From an uncultured bacterium (GTDB taxonomy: Bacteria; Armatimonadota; UBA5829; DTLH01), in contig CAZCCV010000009.1 of NCBI GenBank assembly GCA_964497515.1, forward strand, positions 643-64,642: 64,000 nucleotides of DNA, read 5' to 3'. This document shows positions 20,004-27,870 of this stretch, one piece after another (position 1 is the first letter of the stretch; each line of letters starts with the position of its first letter). The translations under genes and the position numbers were made by a program. The notes under the pieces are model-generated. The model did no database searches, was not told where the DNA came from, and worked only from the letters and a program-made list of their open reading frames with translations.

Positions 20004-20546
20004 CTACTGTCTATCCAAAAACTCGTCTTTCATCCTCCTGAGATGGCCGACAATACTCCCATCCATGATAGTGTCACCGATGCGCACTATCAGACCACCA
20101 ATTATCGACGGATCCACTTCGGTAGAAAGCGTCACCTGTCGACCTGTGCGCTTTGAGAGTCTCATTTGGAGCTGCGTACCCTCGTCCTCTGTCAACTCTA
20201 CTGCGGATGTCACTTTTGCAACTACAATTCCGCGGACTTCGTTTGCCAGAGAGACAAACTCGGCCTCCGTCTCCACGATAATCTCTTCTCGCCTATTATC
20301 AATAAGCAAATACAGGTAGAAAAGCGTTATTTCGTGAATCTTGTCGGCAAAGACATCCTTCACCACATCGCGCTTTTTCTCTGTAGGGATAAGCGGCGAA
20401 ATAATAGCTTCTTTCAGCTTTGGGACACTCTCACAGGTGTAAGAAATCAGCCCCAAGTCACTTTCAACCGCGTCGATAATCCCCTGCGATTGTGCTGAGG
20501 CAAACAGCGCCGCGGCGTACCGCCTGACTATGCGCTTATCTATCAC
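20004..20546 (-). CDS. atpH: F1 ATP synthase subunit delta (OSCP)
   Basis: 180 aa with the YAAALF motif, positioned between atpF and atpA. Confidence 0.88.
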   Translation of the reverse strand: MIDKRIVRRYAAALFASAQSQGIIDAVESDLGLISYTCESVPKLKEAIISPLIPTEKKRDVVKDVFADKIHEITLFYLYLLIDNRREEIIVETEAEFVSLANEVRGIVVAKVTSAVELTEDEGTQLQMRLSKRTGRQVTLSTEVDPSIIGGLIVRIGDTIMDGSIVGHLRRMKDEFLDRQ

Positions 20547-21037
20547 TTCGATTCCTCTATTGATGAGATAAACTGGTCGATAAGCTTGCGGTGGGCAGCA
20601 TCATCCATCGACTCTTCCAGCAGCTTCGAGGACGTGCCGATAACCAGATCAGCAACATCCTGGCGAAGTGACACCAGAGTCTTTTCACGGGATCTTGCCA
20701 GTTCCTCTTCGCCACGCTGAATCACCGCTTCAGCTTTTGCTCTAGCCTCTGCAACAATCTCGTCTCGAATCGCCTGGGACTCTTTTACCGCTGCCTGGAT
20801 TCGCTCTCTGGCCTCGAGTTCAATACCAGCCAATCGACTCTCGTAGTCGCGGCGCAAACCTTCCATAGTGTCCCGCTCGCGATTGGCGGTAGCATAGGTG
20901 TCTGCTATCTCGGATTTTCTATCTTCCAGCAGTTGGCCAATAGGACCGAACAGGAACCGCTTGAAGATGAAGAGCAACAGTATGAATCCGCCAATTTGCA
21001 GGATTAAAACTTTCGGATCTATATCAAGTATATTCAC
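20543..21037 (-). CDS. atpF: Fo ATP synthase subunit b
   Basis: One N-terminal TM helix followed by a long charged coiled coil, in the expected operon position. Confidence 0.88.
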   Translation of the reverse strand: MNILDIDPKVLILQIGGFILLLFIFKRFLFGPIGQLLEDRKSEIADTYATANRERDTMEGLRRDYESRLAGIELEARERIQAAVKESQAIRDEIVAEARAKAEAVIQRGEEELARSREKTLVSLRQDVADLVIGTSSKLLEESMDDAAHRKLIDQFISSIEESK

Positions 21038-21075
21038 TTCGTGCTTCCGTTATGTTGACGAATAAGAAGAACCCT

Positions 21076-21099
21076 GGGGCGGTCGCCGTTGTCCGCCCC
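21076..21099 (-). promoter_or_regulatory. intra-operon stem-loop downstream of atpE
   Basis: ggggcgg-8nt-ccgcccc in the 76-nt atpE-atpF spacer. On the minus strand it is followed by a T-rich stretch (agggttcttcttatt). It may be an mRNA-stabilising or attenuating hairpin. Confidence 0.35.
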
Positions 21100-21113
21100 A
21101 AACCAGTCGACTA

Positions 21114-21380
21114 CTAGACCAACTTTTCGATCAGCGCAGTTGCTGAAGGTACGCCAAGGAAGAGCAGGATGAGTGCGATCAGCAGAGCGTAGATTACCAG
21201 CGACTCAATAAGAGCCAAACCGATAATCATCGCAGTCTGGATTCGTCCTGCCGCCTCCGGTTGGCGAGCGATGCCCTCAAGGGCAGCGCTGGCGGCCTTG
21301 CCTTGAGCGATTGCACCGGGAATTACCGCAATCGGCACTCCAAAACCGATTGCCAGAACCAGAGCGACTAAAAATGACAT
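21114..21380 (-). CDS. atpE: Fo ATP synthase subunit c
   Basis: 88-aa two-helix hairpin with the [13 protein letters not shown] carboxylate motif. Confidence 0.93.
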   Translation of the reverse strand: MSFLVALVLAIGFGVPIAVIPGAIAQGKAASAALEGIARQPEAAGRIQTAMIIGLALIESLVIYALLIALILLFLGVPSATALIEKLV

Positions 21381-22153
21381 TAACTTTGTCCTCCTTCTTG
21401 CTGATGTGCGTGATCTTCGTGATCTCCGAGCCCCACAGCTATATATATCGAAACGAGCATCGAGAAGACTAACGCCTGCACGAAGCCCGAAAAGACCGCA
21501 AACAACAACATCGGGAACTGCAGCGGAACAAGAATATGCCCCATGACGTTGGTTACGATAAGGATGAGAATGGCGATTACCATATCCTCACCAAAGATGT
21601 TGCCAAAAAGACGGATAGTGAGCGAAAGCGGTCTGGCCAGCTCACCGATGATGTGAAGCGGGAACAGAAGTGGAGCGAGCCACAATGGCTCACCCAGGAA
21701 GTGTTTAATATAGTTTTTGAACCCCACTCCACGTATGCCGTAGTATTGCACTATGAAAAATGCAGCAATAGCCATCCCTGCAGCCGTATTGATGTTGGCC
21801 GTCGGCGATATAAAACCGGGGATAATACCAAAGATATTCATCGTTAGAATAAAGATGAATATAGTGCCGATGACAGGAGTGAACTTGCTGCCCTTGTCCT
21901 GGCCGATAATATTTCTGGTGAAGCCATCGAGGGATTGATAAACCCATTCCATCGCGGTTTGCAGACCGCCTTGAGGTATCTTTTGCAGCCGTCTTGTAGT
22001 CAGAAACGCCAGAACACCCAGAATAACAATAACGAACCACGTAACCGGAACGGCTTCGGGTATCCAACTAGGCAAAATATGATACGTATAGAGGAAGTGC
22101 AGCCAAGTACCGTGTTCCAGCCCTGCTGCCGGGCTTGCAGCCTCTCCGTGCAA
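21380..22153 (-). CDS. atpB: Fo ATP synthase subunit a
   Basis: Polytopic protein with the conserved [12 protein letters not shown] arginine motif. Confidence 0.93.
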   Translation of the reverse strand: MHGEAASPAAGLEHGTWLHFLYTYHILPSWIPEAVPVTWFVIVILGVLAFLTTRRLQKIPQGGLQTAMEWVYQSLDGFTRNIIGQDKGSKFTPVIGTIFIFILTMNIFGIIPGFISPTANINTAAGMAIAAFFIVQYYGIRGVGFKNYIKHFLGEPLWLAPLLFPLHIIGELARPLSLTIRLFGNIFGEDMVIAILILIVTNVMGHILVPLQFPMLLFAVFSGFVQALVFSMLVSIYIAVGLGDHEDHAHQQEGGQS

Positions 22154-22166
22154 AAGAAAAAACCTC

Positions 22167-22550
22167 CTATTGCCCCAAACGTTTGTTTAGCGCAATACCA
22201 ACCACTTTTAACACCATTATCGCTTGAGTCAGTATCAGTCCGACACAGAATCCGATAATGACATCTACTCGGCGTGTCAGGACCACACCGATAACAACAC
22301 TCACAACTGCAGTCAACTGGAATGCCGAGAATACAGTCAAAGATCGGCCAGATGAAATCTTTCCAGGAACAAAGACCCGTCTGACTATATAGTCAAGGCT
22401 TGCGAGCACTCCCAAACTGATAGCCGCTCCCACAGTGAACCCCAGCGCAACGAACCACTTCTGCACCGAGAGCAGCATGATAGCGACTATCGCCCACACC
22501 ACAATACTAGTTCGATAAGTGCGATGCATAAATCCTTCGTCAATATGCAT
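22167..22550 (-). CDS. atpI: ATP synthase protein I-like membrane protein
   Basis: 127 aa with 4 TM helices, immediately upstream of atpB. Confidence 0.7.
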   Translation of the reverse strand: MHIDEGFMHRTYRTSIVVWAIVAIMLLSVQKWFVALGFTVGAAISLGVLASLDYIVRRVFVPGKISSGRSLTVFSAFQLTAVVSVVIGVVLTRRVDVIIGFCVGLILTQAIMVLKVVGIALNKRLGQ

Positions 22551-22763
22551 TTAAACCTTCAGCAGCAGCTTAATCGATTCATAAAGGCCTGCAGCCAGCC
22601 CAATGAGTGTAAAAACGAAAGTCAGCCAAGGACTCGTATCAAACTTTTTGTCCAACCACAATCCGATTACCAGCCCAACGCCTACAGAGATTAGGATAAG
22701 AAACCCAATGCTCGATATCGATCCCAGCGCTCTTATCCACTCTCGATTCGAGTCCTGCCGCAT
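22551..22763 (-). CDS. atpZ: AtpZ/ATPase_gene1 family small membrane protein
   Basis: 70 aa with two TM helices, first gene of the atp operon. The sequence pattern is typical of AtpZ. Confidence 0.7.
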   Translation of the reverse strand: MRQDSNREWIRALGSISSIGFLILISVGVGLVIGLWLDKKFDTSPWLTFVFTLIGLAAGLYESIKLLLKV

Positions 22764-22889
22764 TCGGGTGCTCCCAAACCAGAATAAAAAATCAGAAGTT
22801 GACCGTAACAGACACTGAAAAAGGGCAATTGATTAGCACAACATACCACTAATCAACAATGCCCTAAGCGATACAAAAACCCGTGACAG

Positions 22890-22920
22890 ATTATAGCATA
22901 GTCCGAATCGGACATTCCAA
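22890..22920 (-). promoter_or_regulatory. candidate extended -10 promoter of the atp operon
   Basis: The minus strand reads TTGGAA, a 19-nt spacer containing TGc, then TATAAT (TGCTATAAT at 22898..22890). It lies about 125 nt upstream of atpZ. Confidence 0.35.
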
Positions 22921-22932
22921 CAGGTAATCTAC

Positions 22933-22967
22933 AACGAGGCGCCTTCACTGATGAAAGGCGCCTCGTT
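22933..22967. terminator. perfect 13-bp stem-loop between the prepilin-like gene and the atp promoter region
   Basis: aacgaggcgcctt-9nt-aaggcgcctcgtt. The T-run (cattttag) is on the plus-strand side only. It sits 25 nt downstream of the stop of the minus-strand gene 22992..23729. Confidence 0.45.
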
Positions 22968-22991
22968 CATTTTAGCAAAAACTGATAGAGT

Positions 22992-23729
22992 CTATGGTGG
23001 AACCGGGCAGAAAATGCGCTTTCCGTTCTTATACATTGCGTTATCGAACTGAAGCCCACCAGGAAGTCTTCCCGAGTGCCCGTCCAGATAAGTTATGGTA
23101 GCGTAACCACCGTGAACGTGGGTAGTCTTGTCAACGTAGCAGAAGTTTGTGTCGTTGACCAATGGATATATCGTAGGGTCAGTATTATCATCAATAACCA
23201 TTGGCAGTTTTGCCGGCTCTGAGATTAAACCGAATTTGATAGATCCGTAGTCCAATCCACCTTTGAAGTTCGGAACCAGTCCAGGGTTGTACTGTCCAAA
23301 AATGCTTCGAGTGAGGTATGCGTTGAACACTAGTGAATACTTGGGAAGTCGACCCGCACTATTTTTCATAGCAGCAGTACATCTCAGTATGCTCGACCCT
23401 GCGTTACCGCTTTTGAGGTACTTCCAAAGTGGACCGTTCATTATGTTCGTCTGACCACTGGCGTACGGATCAACACCGCCACCATCAAGCGATCCCCACC
23501 AGTTCTCGTGTGGGCCACCGCCATCGTTGTCGTCTGCATACAGCAAAATTGCCTGACCGATCTGTCTGCTATTGCTCAGACACTTTGTCTCCTGTGATTT
23601 CCGCTTGGCAGACATAAACACAGGGAACAAGATCGCGGCGAGAATGGCAATAATGGCAATTACTACTAAAAGCTCTATCAGTGTGAAGCCTTGTTTCTGC
23701 TTAACCAACTGCATTAGCCCCCTCTCCAT
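22992..23729 (-). CDS. prepilin-type N-terminal cleavage/methylation domain protein, H-X9-DG (DUF1559-like)
   Basis: [25 protein letters not shown] pilin-like N-terminus and C-terminal H-GGYATITYL-DG. An alternative start is ATG 23714 (MQLVKQKQ). Confidence 0.88.
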   Translation of the reverse strand: MERGLMQLVKQKQGFTLIELLVVIAIIAILAAILFPVFMSAKRKSQETKCLSNSRQIGQAILLYADDNDGGGPHENWWGSLDGGGVDPYASGQTNIMNGPLWKYLKSGNAGSSILRCTAAMKNSAGRLPKYSLVFNAYLTRSIFGQYNPGLVPNFKGGLDYGSIKFGLISEPAKLPMVIDDNTDPTIYPLVNDTNFCYVDKTTHVHGGYATITYLDGHSGRLPGGLQFDNAMYKNGKRIFCPVPP

Positions 23730-24010
23730 TCATTGTCACTAGCAGGGTCTTACATTACTCATTATAGGGGGGCTTTTTCGATGGTCAACCCAGATTACAC
23801 TGTTTTCGACCCTTTTCAGTAAGATTACGTGTTAATACGTACGCCAGAAGCCTGTGTTTCGATGACAGAACTGAACAGGTGCACAGGTAGCATCTTGGCT
23901 TAAGCTATTATTACCAAAACTTAGCACTATATTGCTCGATAAGTCAGAATTATGGTGGCATAATGTGATTAAATGGTCATATCAGCAAATGGATCCTTGG
24001 AGGCTCTCAA

Positions 24011-24724
24011 ATGAAAAAGCAAGGTTTTACACTGATTGAGCTGCTGGTTGTTATTGCAATAATTGCAATCCTCGCCGCAATACTCTTTCCTGTATTTATC
24101 TCGGCAAGACAGAAAGCGTGGCAGACTCAGTGCTCGTCGAACCTGAGACAGATTGGCATGGCAATGACTCAGTATATCGACGATAACGGTGGTCGCTACC
24201 CTATGTGGGTAGACTTTAGAGCAGAAGGCTACCGATGGTTCGATGCCGTGCAGAAGTATTCGAAGAGCAAACTCCTCACTCGGTGTCCCCTTTACGGTAA
24301 CAAAGACAAAAGCAAACCTGTTACTTACTGGAGAAACGTCTATACGGATTATTGGTCCAATATGTCCGGAGTTGCGCCCCCGCTTACGACAGCCATTGTC
24401 TTTCCAAGAAGCACCTGTCTGCTGATGGAAGGTCCTCCAAACCCTTCCGAATGGACTTGGTGGGGTCCACCGTTCTGTCGGACGCCTACCGACCCATCAA
24501 TCGACCCGGATTCCGACCTCATCCATTTGGGCAGAGGCAATGTGCTGTTCTGCGATGGTCATATTCAAACTCTGGATCACAACTCGTGGAAGAGTGACAG
24601 AGTCGGAACCAGCGAGGGCAATCCGCTGTTCGACCTTCCCAATAAAGGTGTACTGCCAACCGGCAACCTGGCGCGCTGGGCAGATAGAAACGACGGCAGC
24701 CATCCGTGGTTCAGAGGGGACTAA
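24011..24724 (+). CDS. prepilin-type N-terminal cleavage/methylation domain protein, H-X9-DG (DUF1559-like)
   Basis: [30 protein letters not shown]-terminal [12 protein letters not shown], and a GGAGG Shine-Dalgarno. Confidence 0.88.
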   Translation: MKKQGFTLIELLVVIAIIAILAAILFPVFISARQKAWQTQCSSNLRQIGMAMTQYIDDNGGRYPMWVDFRAEGYRWFDAVQKYSKSKLLTRCPLYGNKDKSKPVTYWRNVYTDYWSNMSGVAPPLTTAIVFPRSTCLLMEGPPNPSEWTWWGPPFCRTPTDPSIDPDSDLIHLGRGNVLFCDGHIQTLDHNSWKSDRVGTSEGNPLFDLPNKGVLPTGNLARWADRNDGSHPWFRGD

Positions 24725-24793
24725 GAAGCAAGTCGATTGTCGAACGCGAGCATTAATGGCTCGCCCCTAGAAAAATATAATCCAAGTGGTTCT

Positions 24794-24830
24794 GAAGCGG
24801 ATCTCAAAGATAAAAGAGATCCGCTTCTTT
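24794..24830 (+). terminator. rho-independent terminator
   Basis: gaagcggatctc-10nt-gagatccgcttc followed by TTTAT, between convergent genes. Confidence 0.6.
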
Positions 24831-24840
24831 ATACAATTGG

Positions 24841-27021
24841 CTAGATAGCTGCACCAGCAAGAGAGTCTGAGGAGTTCTGTCCAGTGCTGCGCCTGTAATC
24901 GTCTGATGCAGTTCGAAAATCAATCTCTGGATAGCGCTTCCAGACATCCATCGTGAGTTTGAGAGCTCCCAAAACAAGGTCTGGACTGGATGTTCTTGTT
25001 ACGACAATCCCCACCTCCTCGGCTTTGCGCTCAACAGCACGAGCCAAAGCGGTCTGACCGATTATATGCAGGATCAACGGCAGCTCGCACTCCTTTATGG
25101 TGTGTGCTATCTTCTCCACTGCTTGAACGGGATCGGTGCCAACAGCTTTGCCATCGCTAAGTGACAGTGTAGCCCCTGGAACATGATAGCCGTAGTAGAA
25201 AACACCCGGACTGTCGAGCGTTTCTGTGGCCTTAAGAGTCTCAATGATGCCATCCAAAGTCACCGATCCTGTGAAATCGAACGGGTTCTTAGACGGATCA
25301 GCAAAGGCAGGCAGGTATCTAGCTACGGCAGAGCTAAACTCAACAGGTAGACCTTGCCGCAGTTCGATACCGACACGCTCTGCTGCATCTGCTGCAAGAA
25401 CGCCTTTGCCGCCTCCTCCAGTGAGAACAACTGCTTTTCCGCTGGCCTTTGGCAAAGTATGAAGCATCCAGATTGCAAGCCGCATTTCCTCTTCGTTTAG
25501 AGCAGCAATTGCCCCACCCTGCTTAAGTGCAGCCCTCAGTGCCTCTGCTCCACCTGTCATTCTCCCGGTATGCGAAGCAGCGCTCTCCCGACCTTTAGAA
25601 CTGACTCCTGCCGGGAGGACTATTACTGGTTTTACACTGGTAGCATTCTTCAGAGCTTTTATGAAATGGGGCCCTTCGCCTTCCTTCAACCCACCTTCTA
25701 AGTGGATAACTATCGCATCTACAGTCGGTTCATCTGCCACGCGGTTCACTATTTCTGTGAAGGTGATCCCCGAACCGTTTCCAAGAGAGAAGATCACAGC
25801 CACTGGAACGCCGTGAACTAAGTTGTACTCACAGAATGATTCGGCAGCAAGAGAACCACTTTGAGTGAAAAAAGCAAAGCTGCCGCCAGTGGCAGGATAA
25901 GCAATTCTCTTTTCATCTATGAAGAAAGTGTTATGTGATTCACTGTAGACACCAACGCAGTTTGGACCGATGTAAGGCATAGAACCCGCAGCTTTTTGCA
26001 AGTCTTCTTCCAAGCGCTTGTTTCCAGTCTCTGCAAAATCACTCGATACAATAACGGCGCCCTTGCCACCGTTTTCTCTGAACCTCTTCACGATATCCGG
26101 TGCATCGGCGGGAATTCCGGCGTATACAAGCAGGTCGCAGTCCGTCGGGACATCGTCGACAACGGGCACACGTAAACGCTTCAGGTTTTCTCTGCCTTTT
26201 TCGGTAGTCAGCATTACCCGCACATCACGCACGCTATTGGTTGCATTAGCTAGAAGCTTCATACCCACAGAATTTGGTCTGGCTGATGCTATAACTACAA
26301 ATGCACGTTTTGGCCAGACAAAAACAACAAGGCTTCTGTTTGTTTCAACCTCGGGCATAGTCCAGGGCCGACCAGTCTCAAACCTGGCATCTACAACGTG
26401 CACGCCTGAAGGTGTTGCAAAGATCGGATTAAGATCCACAGAATGAATCTCAGGGTGTTCATCCATTAGCTGCGAGACAGCCGAGACTGTAGCTGCAAGC
26501 GAGTCTATATCTGAAGGCTCCTCTCCCCGAGCGCCCATCAGTTTTTCCGACATGACGTGTTCTACTATCATCTGTTTGGCCTCATCAGTCGTGATTCTGC
26601 CTACCATAACAGATGGGGCAACAGCCTTTGCAGATATTTCGGCATACTTGCCGCCTTCGGGAGTGAAGATTATCTGAAAGCCAAAGATTGGATCTCTCTT
26701 AGCGCCAATCATCACTTCGTGCCCCGAACGACTCTCTTGTAGAACGAAACTGGCATCAGCGTGTCCGTGGGATCTGGCCGTAGCTTCCATTTTCTGCCAG
26801 GCCGAGTCGAGTTCCTCTGGGGTTGCTACTCTACTCACATATCCAAACTCTGTTTTGTGGGTTGCTTCTTCGCTGGATGAGGCGAGTTTGAGATAGTAAG
26901 CTCTGCCGTGAACGATCTGTTGTTTAGCTGTCTTAGGCGAGGCACAAAGCGCGCCTTCCAAAACGATGCCGTAATCTTGCAGAAGTTGTTTTGCGTCCAA
27001 GTGATTCAGCATTGAATACAC
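24841..27021 (-). CDS. acyl/acetyl-CoA synthetase (ADP/NDP-forming), fused beta-alpha order
   Basis: N-terminal ATP-grasp domain, then a CoA-binding domain and a succinyl-CoA-ligase-like domain containing the catalytic His motif AASHTGRMTGG. Confidence 0.85.
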   Translation of the reverse strand: MYSMLNHLDAKQLLQDYGIVLEGALCASPKTAKQQIVHGRAYYLKLASSSEEATHKTEFGYVSRVATPEELDSAWQKMEATARSHGHADASFVLQESRSGHEVMIGAKRDPIFGFQIIFTPEGGKYAEISAKAVAPSVMVGRITTDEAKQMIVEHVMSEKLMGARGEEPSDIDSLAATVSAVSQLMDEHPEIHSVDLNPIFATPSGVHVVDARFETGRPWTMPEVETNRSLVVFVWPKRAFVVIASARPNSVGMKLLANATNSVRDVRVMLTTEKGRENLKRLRVPVVDDVPTDCDLLVYAGIPADAPDIVKRFRENGGKGAVIVSSDFAETGNKRLEEDLQKAAGSMPYIGPNCVGVYSESHNTFFIDEKRIAYPATGGSFAFFTQSGSLAAESFCEYNLVHGVPVAVIFSLGNGSGITFTEIVNRVADEPTVDAIVIHLEGGLKEGEGPHFIKALKNATSVKPVIVLPAGVSSKGRESAASHTGRMTGGAEALRAALKQGGAIAALNEEEMRLAIWMLHTLPKASGKAVVLTGGGGKGVLAADAAERVGIELRQGLPVEFSSAVARYLPAFADPSKNPFDFTGSVTLDGIIETLKATETLDSPGVFYYGYHVPGATLSLSDGKAVGTDPVQAVEKIAHTIKECELPLILHIIGQTALARAVERKAEEVGIVVTRTSSPDLVLGALKLTMDVWKRYPEIDFRTASDDYRRSTGQNSSDSLAGAAI

Positions 27022-27280
27022 TTCCTCCAGTCATTCCTCATTGAATGTACTACATATTGGACAGAGAGCTCCCGGCTATACATCCGAAAACCAGGAAACC
27101 CATACATTTACTATTCTAGCACACTAATGGTCGAATTTGAGCCGATTCTTACGCCGTAAGCAACCAAATATGCCCAAGCTGCAGAATTGCTTAAGCTTCT
27201 GTGCAATGACCAGTAATGTCAAGAGAATTCCAAATATTTCCTAGCCCATTATTCCCCACCCGATTTGTCAGAAAACCCTC

Positions 27281-27309
27281 TTGACGCGGTATATATAGTA
27301 TGATAGTGT
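27281..27309 (+). promoter_or_regulatory. candidate promoter of nrdR-nrdJ
   Basis: TTGACG, a 17-nt spacer, then TAGTGT with an upstream TGa (extended -10-like). Confidence 0.3.
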
Positions 27310-27332
27310 TAGAAGTCCACGACATGTAGTAT
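27286..27332 (+). promoter_or_regulatory. two candidate NrdR boxes
   Basis: gcggtatatatagtat (27286..27301) matches 12/16 positions of the ACACTATATATAGTGT-type consensus. ccacgacatgtagtat (27317..27332) matches 11/16. The centres are 31 bp apart, which is the usual tandem spacing. Confidence 0.35.
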
Positions 27333-27346
27333 GTGGTTGGTAGTTT

Positions 27347-27829
27347 ATGAAGTGCCCTTATTGCGATCATCAAGAAGATAGAGTGCTCGATTCGAGGAGC
27401 GTTAGAGACGGAGAAGCAGTTAAACGACGCCGGGAATGTCTGCTCTGCAACCGTCGCTTCACTACTTACGAGCATATTGAAGAAATGCAGGTGATGGTTG
27501 TCAAAAAGGATCTGCGTCGGGAGCCTTTTGAAAGATCCAAAGTGCTAAGGGGGATGACCACAGCCTGCGAAAAGCGGCCAATCAGTGTCGAGACACTCGA
27601 ATCTGTAGCGGACGAAATAGAACGGAGCATAAGCGACTCTGGTAGAAGAGAAGTGAGCAGTGCAGAGATAGGCGACATGGTGATCGAGGCACTGAGACAA
27701 ATCGACCAGGTGGCCTATGTTCGATTTGCATCCGTTTACCGCCAGTTTGAGGATGTAACGCAGTTTATGGAGATCGTGGATGTTTTGGAGAGCCAGATGC
27801 GCAGTCCTTCAGATCAGGGCACTGACTGA
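27347..27829 (+). CDS. nrdR: transcriptional repressor NrdR
   Basis: N-terminal zinc ribbon MKCPYC...C..C, followed by an ATP-cone domain. Confidence 0.95.
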   Translation: MKCPYCDHQEDRVLDSRSVRDGEAVKRRRECLLCNRRFTTYEHIEEMQVMVVKKDLRREPFERSKVLRGMTTACEKRPISVETLESVADEIERSISDSGRREVSSAEIGDMVIEALRQIDQVAYVRFASVYRQFEDVTQFMEIVDVLESQMRSPSDQGTD

Positions 27830-27870
27830 AGACAACCATTTGGACGATTCGCCAGGGAGGGAAGGAAGGA

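Noticed and set aside
22933-22967. Hairpin plus T-run read as a plus-strand rho-independent terminator
   Set aside because: No plus-strand gene ends upstream of it. It more likely insulates the minus-strand prepilin-like gene from the atp promoter despite lacking a U-tract on that strand. It is kept as a strand-ambiguous feature.
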